Positions 13,203-26,842 of a DNA stretch of 64,000 nt are shown one piece after another. A program made the position numbers and the translations under genes. Numbering within the stretch: position 1 is the stretch's first letter; every line of letters begins with the position of its first letter. Under the pieces are notes generated by a model. That model was not told the DNA's origin. It saw only the letters and a program-made list of their open reading frames with translations, and made no database searches. Source of the DNA: Phoronis australis (taxonomy: Eukaryota > Animalia > Phoronida); contig NMRA01000157.1 in the NCBI GenBank assembly GCA_002633005.1, positions 404,988 through 468,987 of the forward strand, written 5' to 3'.

Positions 13203-13924
13203 GAGTGAAGTACGGCTCACAGCAGGCAAAAATGCCCAGAGGGGTGATAAACCCAATGTCACCGATTTTAACCATACTATGCATTTTAGTTACCTTTGGG
13301 ATGATAAACTAAACAGTAAAGTCCAATCTCATTTTACCTTGTTTAAGGGGGAGAAATCAGGGAGCCTCTATTTTGGGGGTATGCCATGTAATGAACTCGC
13401 CGAAAATGCCTTATTTGCACTGCACAATAAAAAGTATCGGCGCACAAGATCATTATTTGTTTGTAATTTTTAAATAAAGCAAGTCTTCGGCTTTAAAAAG
13501 ATGTTAAACAATACTCATTAACTCTGCCGCTAAGTTAAAAATTTCAGGCGTAACGTATAGAGGGGTCAGAGGTTAACATAGCATTGCAATTTCGCCACAT
13601 TTTGAGCCCGTATATCTCAGCTGGAACAACACTGATCAACATCAAACTTTTACACAAGACGTTTCTATCTTATTGCTGTTGATTAATACAATAAAATTTT
13701 CTGGCGCTGAGCATTTTTCTATACAAATTGCAAGATTGCGACAACCACCTGAGTGGAAATTACCTTCACTGGCGATACCTGCTTGGAACATTACAACACC
13801 AGTAAAGTGCATAGTTTTGATTCAAAAGTTGATTTATTAATATTTAGCTAAGTTTCATTAAGTCAGGCGCAACTGTTTAAGGTATTTTTCCTTTTTAACA
13901 AAAAATCCGCGTTTTTCGTGAACC
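13203..13924. mobile_element. Unclassified insertion at a TTAA site truncating the Gypsy gag
   Basis: Gag homology stops at TTAA|GAGTGAAGTACGG. The other end is not seen before the n at 13925. Confidence 0.4.
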
Positions 13925-14578
13925 NTCTCCTTGACTTTCACTTTTCAACATCCGATATTGTTGTTATGCGTCTTCTTTTTAGTTCATTACAGGAAGTATT
14001 TTTTTCTATAGATATATTGATGAATGCTGTAGTTATAGCATTATAAATTCCAATTTAACTGACAACCTGGATGCCGGAATTTCTTTTCACTTCAGCTGTC
14101 AGTGAATTATGTAATTCTGGAAATCATAGCGTGTTGTTATGTTTTATGAGTACCAATATGTTGACATTTGTTGTCTGGATATGATATTCATTTGATGTCC
14201 AAAGGAATCCAATCAAACTGGCAACAATAAATCAAGTACCCACGGTGTTTTTTCTTGTTGTACTAAGGGTCGTTTTACATATTAAACTCCAAGGGTCAAA
14301 TGAATTATGTCAGCTAAAATCATTGGATCACTCAGCGGCAGACACATCTTTGTAGTGGCTGGGCTCTGCAAAGTTCTGCAAAAAGTGTATAATTCGAGTG
14401 TGTTACAACCTGCCTGTCATTTTTCAGACAGTAGAGCAACAAAGCAGACCCCGCAAAAACTGCACAGGCGATGAAGACGGATGAGCAGTTTCGGGAGGAA
14501 TGCTGGCTGACACTACAACAGGATAAAGGTTTCTTTTCATGCTTGGCTGCCTTGAACCGCGCTGGAAAATGGTCAAAN

Positions 14579-14654
14579 TCTTAGACGGAAGCCATCTTTA
14601 TTCCAACTCCCTCCACTAGCGCCACCTAACAGTTACATAACTAACTACTCAACA
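14579..14654 (-). repeat. Partial LTR of the Gypsy-1 family
   Basis: Identical to 8577-8652; starts immediately after the n at 14578. Confidence 0.9.
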
Positions 14655-14951
14655 CTCTGTCCGTGGTGTGCCGGAGGTCCACTTAACCATGTCCAGTAGT
14701 GGCTTGGCCTCGTCGAACTCTGAACAGCACAAGCATTCCACTGAGGTAGGTATAACAACGCACACAGTGCATTTGCACCAAGATGTGTCACCACCTCTGT
14801 CCTCAGTAGCCGTCTCATTTCTTTCAACAGCTGCCTGTGCCTGTGCGTACTCTGCCTCGTTATACTCGGGCTCAAACATGTACCCACCCACTGAATGTCC
14901 GTGAAAAAATTCCTCGTCACCACTGCTGTGAACAAGGTCTCCGTCACTCAC
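14655..14951 (-). CDS. KolX / P2X7-ballast-like zinc-cluster protein, N-terminal part, cut by the LTR
   Basis: GYMFEPEY...DRGGDTSWCKCTVCVVIPTSVECLCCSE matches the YxFEP plus WCxCxxC...ECxCCxE signature. A Kolobok-type end (TTAA|AGGCAAAGGCAACC on the minus strand) lies at about 15314. Confidence 0.8.
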
Positions 14952-17188
14952 ACTACTGTCACTGTGATACGGGTCACCATTTTCAGCTTACAACACACTA
15001 AACAATCCCTAAATCCAACGTAGTTGAGTTCTCTACTAACCTATCTTGCCGCAGAATACTCGCCGATGGAAAGTGGTGGCGACAATTGTTGAAAAACAGC
15101 ACAGAACAAAAGTAGAATAGAACAGATTCGCACGGTAAAGTCAATGCAAAACCAAGTGGCGGGAAACGCTTGCCTCCTAAAACGTCACTTCCGGAGTAGC
15201 GGAAGAGTAATTAATAAAATTACGAAAAGCTGTAATTAAGTGAAAAATATGTCTAGGATAACCAACCCACCTTATTTTAGCTCAAAATGACATGGAAAAA
15301 GGTTGCCTTTGCCTTTAAATTTCACAAAGATCCTCCACAGAGTCAAAGATAACAGTACCATAAAATTTTTTTCTTCTAAATCTCATTAACATCCTGCAGT
15401 GGACGAGAGATGCCAGGACAGAGATGATGATAATATGCATCTTAATATAAATATGAAGGTGCACCCACATAAATATAATTGGGCTCATAAAAATGGGTTA
15501 CACATGATGGTTCTGGATTTATAAAATTATAAACAAAAGTAGGAGGTGATAGGTTTTGTACATTTTTGATAATAAAATGTTGCTCAATGAAAGGACATCC
15601 TCTTCAGGTTTCAAGGATTAAAAGGCATCATTATCAGGTTTCAAGGAAAAATCGATTAAGCAGGTGTTGTGGGAGAAAAATTCCCATATGGTTTATTCAG
15701 ATTCCAATTAGGAGTCCCATAACTTCAATGATATGCCCCGAAACTGAATGATGCCATATGAATTGTTCAAATTCTAATTAGAAAGTCAAGGGATTTCTTT
15801 GATATGCAAGCGGACATAGCCTGTGTTCTAAGTTTTGTCACTTGTATGGCAGCCTTATAAGCCCACTAGAAATTGAGTTCTTACAGATTACACAGCAATA
15901 GAACGCTCCAAAGTCCCTGAGGTAAGAAAGTGTGTTGTTTTCAATGATCTAGTTTTTGATTATAATGAATATTTTCACAGGTTATGTCAGAAACCGTGGA
16001 GGTGCATGGGCAACAGGATGATTTCAACAGTTTAAAATTTACCGAAGAGTACATCTTCAAGAAAGGGATTCTGTTTGGTTCAAAATTAACCTGAAGAACT
16101 TGCTTCATTAACTCGCTACGCATTTTTTATGTTTGAAGGATGTTGTGAAGACGGAAAATTTAATATCACCCATCCACCAGTATTTGTTAAGTTAATCCAA
16201 CTTTATCCTGTTGCAGTGCACATGATATCACAGCAGTAATACTTTGTTAGCATTGGAAAGACAAATCAAGTAAAGCATATGAGAAAAAACGGGTAAAGAA
16301 TACAGCAACAAATAAAAAACATGTGGAACTCTAATAGCGTGGAATACAAAAGTGCCCGATGAATATTGTAGTATTGTGGGTAAATATGTTTTTGTACTAT
16401 TATTACAAATTGTAAGTTCTTGTCATAGTCTGCAACACCTTCACTGAACTCAAGACCTTAGGACCGCCCGGATTACACAGCAACACTCAACTCTCGCTGT
16501 ACTTTGACCACAATGCGTAAACATCCGTAAGCACATTTGCTACCCCGCTTTTGTGCTAATGGAGTTTCATGTTATTTGTTGTTCTCCGATTCTTTAGTTT
16601 TTCTCGGTTGCATTACTCTATTCGTCCTCCCAATGCCAACGGAGTATTACTGCTGTGCTGTGATGTGCAACTCCGACTTGTAAAAGCTTGATAAACAGCA
16701 GTACAAATACCTGTGGAGGTGTGATTTGAAATTGTTTGCCTTCCCGACATCAATGAGGTTCACACGCGTTCCAAGCCAAAGGAGAGTTCGATCGCCGTAT
16801 AATAAGGGACGGCCATACTAAATACGCTTAAAATTATACCATTTATCAAATGACATTTAGCTCAGTGAGGCTTTGACTGTGGGGATTCCAGGTTTGATTC
16901 TTAGAAAACCTCATTTGTAGCTGTTAACATCCCTTTAATCCCCAGACATATTTTACAGACACCGTAAAAGGGCAAAATGACTTTTGAACATGCTAAATAT
17001 ACGTATCATTGATTAACACAAACATATCATCTCTTCGTTTATTCCTGACTAATTAATTACGCCAATTTCTACTGTACGACATCAGGAACCCCATTTAGAG
17101 CCAAAAAAAATTTAGGTGGTGCTCGTACTAATCGAGGCAAACGGCATCATCGTTTTGAACCGATAAGTACAGTCCTCAAGAAACTTAC

Positions 17189-17237
17189 CTTACGGTGACA
17201 GGTGCATACTTCAAATCACAAAATTTCAAAATTACAT
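17189..17237 (-). CDS. Candidate short downstream exon of the DED gene
   Basis: AG acceptor, strong donor AAG|GTAAGT, and open in the frame left by DED2 (DVILKFCDLKYAPVTV). No homology support. Confidence 0.25.
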
Positions 17238-17767
17238 CTATTAGAGACAACAAAGTTAAAATACTACGACACATATCTCAACACTTCTACTTGCATGTAA
17301 TATCCTACAAGTCACTGTGCCACGGTAGCCTAGCATCGCCTAAGTCAGTAGCGTGGTCTCGGTGAGACCACTTACTCAGTCTAACATCAAACACTTATTC
17401 ACAAACATATCAGGGTCTAACGAGCCAATTAAAGTACAGGGTCCCTGCATGCAGTGCGGGACAGGTTGGCAATGAATGGAGATTCATTCAACCGACAGTG
17501 ACATCCTGGCGGAATGCTTGTAGCAGAGAACTAACCTGTTTATAGTCGCTCCGTGATAATTACGTGATTATGTCAATGTGTAAGGTGGTGTTTTACACAT
17601 CTTATGAAGCGAAAGGCTCACTCACGTGTAGCATGATGAAAAAAGAATGGCCCGAGACTTTTCACACTTGGGTCAGCAAAGCATAATACCTTGCAATAGA
17701 CGGACCTTATAGCCGAAGTGTTCAATGAAATGTACGGTGAAATGGAAGATTAAAGAAACAACTTTTG

Positions 17768-17885
17768 GATGGATTAGCGCCGTATATGTTCGAACCAGAG
17801 GAATACGATTAAAGTGAAACTGAAGGTGAAAACCGGCCAATTGTCACGGAACACGCTACAGACCGTTTCGGAGGCAATGTTTGTT
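17768..17885 (+). pseudogene. Short KolX-like remnant
   Basis: Translates as DGLAPYMFEPEEYD*SETEGENRPIVTEHATDRFGGN: the YMFEP motif and an acidic tract, but no cysteine cluster. Confidence 0.5.
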
Positions 17886-19724
17886 GTTGGCGAGTAAAAT
17901 GTATAATCAATCTACAAAATTGCTAATACTATAGAATTCAAATTAACCAATCCGGCATTATTTCCTGCGGTCCAAAATTCGGAAAATTATGTAGCAAAAT
18001 TTTTCGGTGAAATCCCAAATAATTTAGCTATTTCCACCAGGTTTCTTTCTTGGTTTCACCATGATTTCCATGAAGAAAAATATAATTTCATGAGCATACG
18101 CTGCGACATGGACACATTCAAATTTTAAGTTGACACTGTGTCAGTAGTCACTCTTGCCACGGAATAGCATGCATTGGATTTAGATTCTAACACAACAGTA
18201 TATGTCAACTGGTCAATTTGCATTTTAAATGTCTGTGATCGACACAAACAACAGCAAACCAGACCGTCACAAAGGTCTAAACTATTGAGGTACCAGGAAA
18301 ATAATAAACAAACAGCAGACAAAACTAACACAATGATTATGTCGCCGCCTTGACAAGACACAAAATTTGTCATTTTTATCACTATCGTTCTTCATTTGAA
18401 GAGAAAGGCAATTTACAGGCATGCGGAACTTAGCCCGTGGCCGACACAACTAGCTACATGCCGATACTGTCAGAGACCCGCACGAAAGTCTAAATGATTG
18501 AGGTGGGGACAAAATATCAATGAACAAAAAGGAGAAACTTAGCGAAATGAATAGGTTGTCATATTTTAACTATTGCTCGATTTTGAAAGACCAATTGCAC
18601 AAGGCATTTTAAGGTTTGAAGTCAAGAAAAAAAGGGCATCCCCGTCATAGCACAACCAATCGACATGCTGACTATACTTTTTCTAGTGGGTGCCTCCAAA
18701 GTGTACCCAAAGCTCGATGTTCACATTCGGGGTTTGTAAGTTAACAACCCTCCGCGATGTTGAGTTCAGAGAATGGGTCTCAAGGCTAAAGTTAAATCAG
18801 CGCTGACTAATTGTAACATGCATTCGAGTAGCTAGGTATGCAACACCCAAGCACTTAATCGAGCCAAGCCGGTACACTGTTTTATTGAGAACTGAGAACA
18901 GCCGCTGTTCTCTTTGATGTGCAACTTGAGAGCGGTGTGCACGTCTAAGTTCCCACCGCTGGAGTACGCAATATATTGGCAACAACATGTGAGTGACAGA
19001 TGACTCATACATATGTTGTGCGTGCTGTCCCAGAAACGAGGGCTTGAGAATTTCTTGCTAATAAGATATGACTGTCGTTTGGCAAGTAATAGCCAAGGCT
19101 TGTCATCTTTACATTTGTTTTTTGCAATAAAAACCAGACGTACATTCACACATACCATTAATTGATGACATTTCTGAGTCACCATCGTATGCCGGCACCT
19201 TGTGCCCAAACAATAGTACCGACCAATGCCGCAGTGATTTATGGTCAAGGATACAGTTAGTGGATAATCAGGACATCTTACGTGAAAAAAACATATGTTT
19301 TCCACCACAGAGTTCAGTAAGTTTACCGTTGTCAGATTTAGTACGAAATGTAAATGTTGGATGGCGTTAATTTACATGGGTGCAAATACTTCGAAACTTG
19401 GTTCGCCGAGAGTGAATCGATAGCGCCCTATCCGAGATCTACGCCGCTGTCCAGCGTGTTGGGTTTGAAGGGTGTCAATAGACCAATCAACTGCGACTGG
19501 TCGAGAGTATAAAAGGGGTTTGCAATGGGGGCACATAATATGGGGGGCATAAAATGTGTAGTAATTAATTAGTGGTTGGGTGGAATAAAAGAAAACGAAC
19601 CAAAGATATGTTGCAGAAAAGTATTTAGCATATCTAAAACGCAGTTGGCTCATTATACGGTGTATTTAAATAAGGGCTATAAACACAGATTTTATAACAC
19701 ATGAACAAGTCTCCCTCAACTTAC

Positions 19725-19963
19725 CAGAATAACTTCCTATCTTTGTGGCAAGATCTTTTCTATTTATTTTTCCCAAAATGTTCTCGAATGTGTCCAAATT
19801 TTCCTTACTCAATACTCTTTGGCGTTCCATCAAGATAATTACATCAAAAAAATCTGTACAGTTTTCAATGTCCCGTGTCTGAAAATTTTTTGAAGGTAGA
19901 AAAATCTTGAAATTTCTGACATCCTTCTCTCCCATATTTCCACCGATCTCAAACAGCAAGCGC
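19725..19963 (-). CDS. Second coding exon of the tandem-DED gene: DED2
   Basis: Acceptor tttatgtttcAG|G and donor G|GTAAGT; 239 nt. Encodes RLLFEIGGNMGEKDVRNFKIFL...FFDVIILMERQRVLSKENLDTFENILGKINRKDLATKIGSY, including the RxDL motif. Its phase matches the DED1 exon (AG+G = Arg). Confidence 0.88.
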
Positions 19964-20188
19964 CTGAAACATAAAAAAGTGATGATTATGTTTCAAATGT
20001 TCGGTAATTTACATACCTTGGACAAGAAAAGTTTGAGGAATGATACTGTTGACCAATCACAGTGAGGAATAGGTGATTTTAAATTAACTATTGGGACTAC
20101 CTGAAAATAAGCATGTATTCAGGTAGTGGCATGCACCCAAATGCTCCCATTGCTCAAGAGCTCTTTTTGGTTGTATTCATGTGAGAAA

Positions 20189-21262
20189 TGTTAGTTTATG
20201 TTTGTTCATGTGTAAGCCTCCAGGGGGATCTGGACAGAGCGTTCCGCCATATTTGATCATTAACTGTACCTGAACAGAGAACATATTTTATGGTACAATA
20301 GCCATGTTTGTTTGCTAATCGAGCAATAACAATTGGTAGCAAAGCAAGGTTACAAGTGCTATTTCTATGATGTCAACCAGAATAAAAATTCCAAATACCA
20401 TTCAATTTAGTGCAAGGAGCATTACAGACAAGAATTGCCATCATGGAATGAGGTTACGGGACTTGACAAATAAAAACGTGGTATAGCAGTGGCGTTGTCC
20501 TTGCCAGAGAGTGCAAGTGGTATTCACGAACAGGTGTTTGATGAAGTCTCTTTAGATGAGCTCAAGCGTGATGACTGACTTGCGAAACTTATTTTGTATT
20601 TTGATATTAAGCTGGGGAAAAACGACTTGGCGGTCAGTCTTGAAAAATTTGACGATTTTGAGGAATGTGTGTGTGCTGATGGACAGGCAATTTCTGAGAT
20701 CCTATCTGCGTATGATCAGAAGTACAATCGTATTGTGAAAAGGGGAATGTCATTGCCATCCGAGATATTGGCATTTACACTCTTACGGAAAGCAAATATT
20801 TCACGAGAAGAAAAACTTCTAGTTTTAACATGAATGGACAACAGTGAGCGGTGGACATTGTATGAACAAGCAAAATCCTCATTACAAAAGTTTAAAGGTG
20901 ACCGCAGCAGTGCAGAAAGCAACAAAAACTCAAAATTGGGTATAAACTTGAGACGGCCTTTTTGGCTGAACACGACGATACGCTCTTCGCTGTGGGCCAT
21001 GTCAGAAGAGGTGTTAGGCGTGGTGGCTGAAAGCAACGTATCAACAGTGCAGTGCGTGGTCACGGATATGCAACTAATCAGGCCAGGAGTGTAAATGACA
21101 GACCTTTGAATCCCATTGGGTCTAAAGGGAAACGTTTGACCTGCTTGTCTTGTGGGTCATATAGGCATTTGATTGCTCAGTGTCCAGATAGATGGGAAAA
21201 TACAAGGGGCAAACAGGGAGTGCACGCAGTACGTGCCTTTAACGGGTCAGCAGAAAACCAAC
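20189..21262 (+). mobile_element. Degenerate LTR retrotransposon, 5' part (putative LTR, PBS, gag)
   Basis: TG...ACA segment followed by PBS-like TGGTAGCAAAGC. Broken gag frames include LPSEILAFTLLRKANIS and the knuckle CLSCGSYRHLIAQCP. Confidence 0.75.
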
Positions 21263-21408
21263 TTAAGGGAGAATGCCACCCGATTTAATTAGTCTTTTTT
21301 TCATTTACAAACAATTACAAAAACAAACAAACAAATAAGTACACCATTCATTCACGCATGCACACCTCAGGAAGACCATTCTCGTATCTCGTTTAAAGTA
21401 AATATCTT

Positions 21409-24400
21409 CTACATGAAGTTAGCATGAACAATAAAATTTTCCCATTTCGCAGAGAAGCTGTCATATACAAAGTTTTTATGTGCATTTAATTTTTCAGCAT
21501 TATAGTATTCATAAGTTTTTGTAACGAACTTGAGAAAATTAGGTATATTTTTGTGACATCTCTCCTTGTAAATGCAATGTTTAGCTAGTAGAAGCAAAAT
21601 GTTAAATAGAAAATCATGCGTCTTGTAAAGTCCAAGAATAACACTATCATAAGACAGACAGTTGTGAAGCTGAATGCCACACTTTTGAAGTAGCTTTCCG
21701 AATTCCTTCCAGAAATTTTGTACAAAGCTACATTCCCAAAAAAGGTGTGACAGCGTCTCTGGAGCTTCATTACAAAAGGAACATAGATCAGAGTACCTAA
21801 CACATATTTTGACTAAAAAGGTATTTGTTGCAATAATCCTATGTAGTATTCTAAATTGGAACCATCTAATATGGGGATCCTTTGTAATTTTGTAAGGTAA
21901 AGCATATATTTTCTTCCAATCTAAACTATCTCCTAGCTCTATTTCCCATTTACACTCGGACTTAGATTTCTTAACATTATTAAAGACTGAACAAATATGT
22001 CTACAACCCTTCAAATCTTTCCGTAATTGCTAAAGGCATGCAAGGAGAGTAGACATTAAAGGCGAATGCCACCCGATTTAATTAGTCTTTTTTGACGTCT
22101 TAATCGGTCTATTTCCACATCGCCTCGCATAATCGGTCGACCTTACCTTGCCAAGAGGTGTCGCGTTAACCTGTGAGGAAGGTGAGAAACCACGCGGTTC
22201 ATATGCAGAGTGAATGTCGCTATGTTGCGGTGTATCGTTCCCGCTTGTCCGAACTAAGCAGCCGCGAGGAAAGCGAGTATATCGTTTTTTTTTTTACTTC
22301 CACGAGAGTCCGAAATGCTTAGAAAGTGGCTCATGGTAGTGAAGAATGAAATGTACGCTGTAAATAGCAAGTATGAGGCCGTGAAACATTTCCGTGTCTG
22401 TGGCCTGCAGACGACGTCGACAGTGCCTCACGAATGCCGGGTTACCAAATAACTCCATATGTTTCGTTGTCTCAGCTTGTTCACGGCGCCTCTCTAGTAT
22501 TTCTTCATCCCTGTATTCCTGTTCGAATTGATAGCATGTAAAACTTAACGATCCACCTGCGAAGTCGGGATTGATGAGCCGTTCTAGCTCGCCGTCCTAA
22601 GTCGGGATTGCGAGTTGCCGTGTTGGCGTTTATTACTGAGCGTTCTGTTTCAAAATGAATTATTCTCACCCTAACCAATACTTATATCAAACTAAAACAA
22701 AGCCTGTCTCATTAGATGCAATTTTTAATGCCTTTGGAGTGTTTGTGAGTGCACGAAATGATTTCAGAAGCCAGCAATGAATAAATCGCTGCGTTACCGG
22801 CTTTAGGTGCAATCAAACTAATTGACGGGACATCGCGAGGCCGTGTGAGCTCATGCTAATTTAGTGTTTGCTGGCAGAAACTGTTGTGAAACAACTCGAT
22901 TTCCACCCCACGACCAGGTGTTAGGGGAAATTTTATTTACATTTACATTACTCAAATAATGATAGTCTATGTACAACTTCTGCCCTGACGGTGCAGTGTC
23001 CAAAGCGGAACTGAATTCGTGGCCCCCGACGAGTAAGTAGATTTGCAGTTTCGTGGCTAATTCACCAACATAATCACCTGCACATTACTTTGGCTCACTA
23101 CTATATTTTCTTGACTGGAAGTTTAGTTTCCACTGAACTTTGGCTGGTTTGTTCGTGATGTCTGATCAGTTTCCGAGCCACTGGCCGGCCAGGGATAACG
23201 AGTCAATCCGGCCGGCCGCAACGGGCCTGATCGGGCTCCGAGCCACTGGCCAGGATAAAAAGCGTTTTGTGTTAAGAACTCAGAAAATCACAAGTCTAAA
23301 CAACACAGATCTAGGTTCTTCTGTCTGAATCTCACGGAAAATACTTTGAAATTATCTCCAAACACACCCCAAACTCCTGCTATGGACCTTATCTTGGCCT
23401 GCCGAACTTTGTAGGCTACGGTGTATCCAAATACCAATAAATCTGTACGAACTCGGTGTATTTTCAAGGGTTTTACATCGAAGTTTGATGATTTATTGGT
23501 GCTAAACGATGATTCCAAGCGATAAGCTGACACCAGTAACCCGTGTTGTGAACTGCTGAACAGAATGCGTGTGAAACCGATGACGTAATTGGATAATTTC
23601 AACACCTCCGTCTGCCATCAGGTGTCAGGTAACGCAACTGCACGTGTCGTTATGGAGTAGAACTACTCGATCTAAATTGATACAAATTAGGTTGTTTTTT
23701 GGGTGGCATGCTCCTTTAACACTTTTAAATTTACTTTGAAATAGACTTTTTTGAAACCTTCTTAGAATAGAAACAACACCATTATATTCTACAAAGTTGG
23801 TTTTCACATCGAACCTATTTTTCATATTGTTTAGACTAACAAAATCACCATCAGAGGTATACATATCTCTAATAAATCTCAAGCCTTTTACAAACCAAGG
23901 CTTATAAAAAACACCTGTGCCTCCGATCGCCAAGTTACTATTAAACCACAAAGGTTGGTTCAAAAAGTCCTCTTTACTTGCAACAATTATTTTCTTGTAG
24001 AAAGATAACATACTTTCAAATACGTCGCGCCAGTAGGAATTACCAATTAGAGTTAACTTCGACTTAATAAAGTCATCTCCAAATGAAGCAAAATTCTTTA
24101 AGAACGGGTAGAGTGCGTACAGTAATTCACCACTTTTAGACGCAGGGCTTTCCAGATATCTACGGGCCATAGCGAGTTTTAAAGCTTTGCTGAAAGTATG
24201 CATATTAACCATTTGAATTCCCCCTCGATCAAGTCCTAAACAGGCCGTAGTTCGTTTAATTTTATCATTACGGGCCTGCCATACAAATCTAAAAAATGTC
24301 GTATTCAATTCACCCAAGACTTTCACTGATGGATTTGGTAAACTTGACAACAAAAAATTAAGTTTAGAAATAGCTAATGTTTTAATTACCGTTACTCTAC

Positions 24401-26842
24401 CAAACGGCGTTAAATTTCGTCGACTCCAACTTTTTAGTAAAGACTTGATCTCAGTTATTCTTGCAGTGAAGTTCTTATGCGTCATACTATCCAATTGAGT
24501 GTCGAAATCCACCCCCAAAAATCTAAAAGATTTTTTTGTCCAAGACAAAATTTCTTTTGTAGGAATCACGTCATCACTACCAGTTTTACTTCCAAACCAT
24601 ATGGCTTTTGTTTTATCCACATTCACTTGGAGACCGGAGACACTAGCAAACAAATGTAGTACATTCAGTGTGGTAGTCAATGACAAATTCGACCCATCCA
24701 ACGTAATTGATGTGTCGTCCGCATATTGCGAAATCAAATATTCCTTATTCCCAGCAACTACACCAGCAATATTTTTATTATTCTTGATTAAATACGCCAA
24801 AATCTCCGCGCACAATATAAAAATGTAGGGAGACAATGGGTCACCTTGTCTGCAGCCACGTGAAATATTGAACCAAGAAGATGGGTGACCATTTACGACA
24901 ACACAGGACTTAATATTACTGTAAAAGACTTTCACCCACCTTCTGATCGACCAACCAAAATTAAGGAAAGATAAAGTTTTTTGAATAAAATTCCACGACA
25001 ATGAATCAAATGCTTTCTCAAAATCAATCAGTAAAAGCAATCCAGGTTTGTTAGCTGCCTGGGCATAAAACATTAAATCATATAGCACTCGGATATTTTC
25101 GTTCATATTTCTTCCAGAAACGAAACCTGTCTGGTCCTTACTGATTACTTTTCCCAAAACGGATTTTAACCGTTCAGCTACTGCCGAAGAAGCCAATTTA
25201 TATGTCACATTGAGCAAGGATATGGGTCTCCAGTTTTTCAAATAATGTTTACTTTTATCTGCTCCCTTAGGGATGCAGGTGATCACTCCCTCTTTCTGTG
25301 TTGAGGATAACTGGCCAACAGCAAAACCTGTATTAAGTGAGCGAACAACGAAATGTCCAATGTCAGCCCAAAAAAATTTTAAAAATTCCACTGAAAAACC
25401 ATCAGAGCCTGGGCTTTTGTTGTTTTTCATTTTTTTCAAGCATTGTGTGACTTCTTCATATGTAAGAAGACCTTCTAATTTTTCTTTTTCCGTCTCATTC
25501 AGCTTGGAGACACAAACATTATCAAGAAGAGTTTTTAAAGATGTATTGTTAGTCTGTCTATATTTGTATAGATTTTCATAAAAAGTTTTGGTTTCCTGAA
25601 TAACCTCTTCTTCACTATTGGTTTTAGTATTGTCAGATTTCCACAAAAAAGGCATAAACTTACTTGTGTAATGCCTATTTTCCAAGTGAAGAAAATATTT
25701 GGAAGGCTTTTCACCTTCTTCAATCCATCTTGCTCTCGACCTAGTCATAAGACCTCTTAACTTATTTTGCCTTAGCTCGGCAAGTAAATTATTTTTTTGT
25801 TCCAGTAGTTCCCTGTCAAGGTTTAGACTTCTTTCCAACAAGCTTATTTCTTTGATAAGTTGCTGTTCAACTCTATCACTTTTTCTTTTTAAGTAAGTAG
25901 CAAAGGAAATTGTTTTGCCGCGAATCTCCATCAACAACGTTTCAAGAAAAAGTTGATCATTTATAGACAATTGTAAATCTGAATTACTTGTACTATCAAC
26001 AGTCTGAATGTCATCAGTCATATACTGTTGTTTAACTAATTTAATAGTATTCTTGACTGCAGCAATATACTCAGAGTTCTTTAGGAGAGAATTATTAAAC
26101 TTCCAAAATGATTTTCTCCTCCTGGAAACATCACTTTTAAAAAAAACCGTTACCATTGAATGATCGGAACGGTAACCGAATTCTATTATGGAGTCGTCAA
26201 TATCAGCTAAAAGGTTTTCAGAAATTAGAAAAAAATCTAGTCTGGATCGTTTACTTCCAGCTCTCCAAGTATATTCTTTACTACTGGGGTTTAGTTCCCG
26301 CCACACATCAACAATAGACAATTCTGTACAAATCTCCATCAACTTAATCCGTGACTTCGGGTTATTAACCTGTCGATAATTAAGCGTGTCCTTAGACTGA
26401 TCGAGAGCAAGATTAAAATCACCTGCCCAAATAACAGAGTAATTTCCTATATCTTGAATATCTTGTTTTATTCTTTCAAAAAATGACGGCGAGTCCCTTT
26501 TTGGACAGTACGTATTAACGTAATTCTGGTCTCATAAATAGTAATATCCAAAATTAATTTATTACCATTGTAGTCTTGCCTAATGTTATGTAATTTATAC
26601 TCAAAAGTGTTCTTAAAGAGAATCGCCACTCCACGGGAGTTTGAGGTATCTGAATTGAAAAAACATTCATATCCCCACATTGATCTAATATTGTTTTCTT
26701 CTCTCTTAGTAAAGTGTGTGTCCTGTAGGCAATAGATGGAGTATTGTTTTTCTCCTAAATAATTGAGTACATCTTTTCGTTTTTCATGGAGATCCAGCCC
26801 TCTGCAGTTCAATGACGTTACTTTAAGTTCATCTGTCATCAT
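21409..26842 (-). pseudogene. LINE ORF2 (endonuclease-reverse transcriptase), frameshifted and split by Kolobok copy 2
   Basis: ORF pieces 26468-26860, 23625-26342 and 21409-22014 are consecutive parts of one ORF2. Confidence 0.92.
22060..23715 (+). mobile_element. Kolobok family A, copy 2 (complete, 1656 bp)
   Basis: TTAA|AGGCGAATGCCACCC ... GGGTGGCATGCTCCT|TTAA. THAP remnant on + (about 22222-22410) and KolX N-terminus on - (about 22460-22620). Confidence 0.9.

Noticed and set aside
14649-14951. P2X7 receptor gene
   Set aside because: Only the zinc-cluster domain is present, with no transmembrane or ectodomain sequence, and it lies inside a Kolobok-type end.
23625-23719. C-terminal tail of the 905-aa LINE ORF as a real domain
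   Set aside because: It is read-through into Kolobok copy 2; the true ORF2 tail is at 21409-22055.
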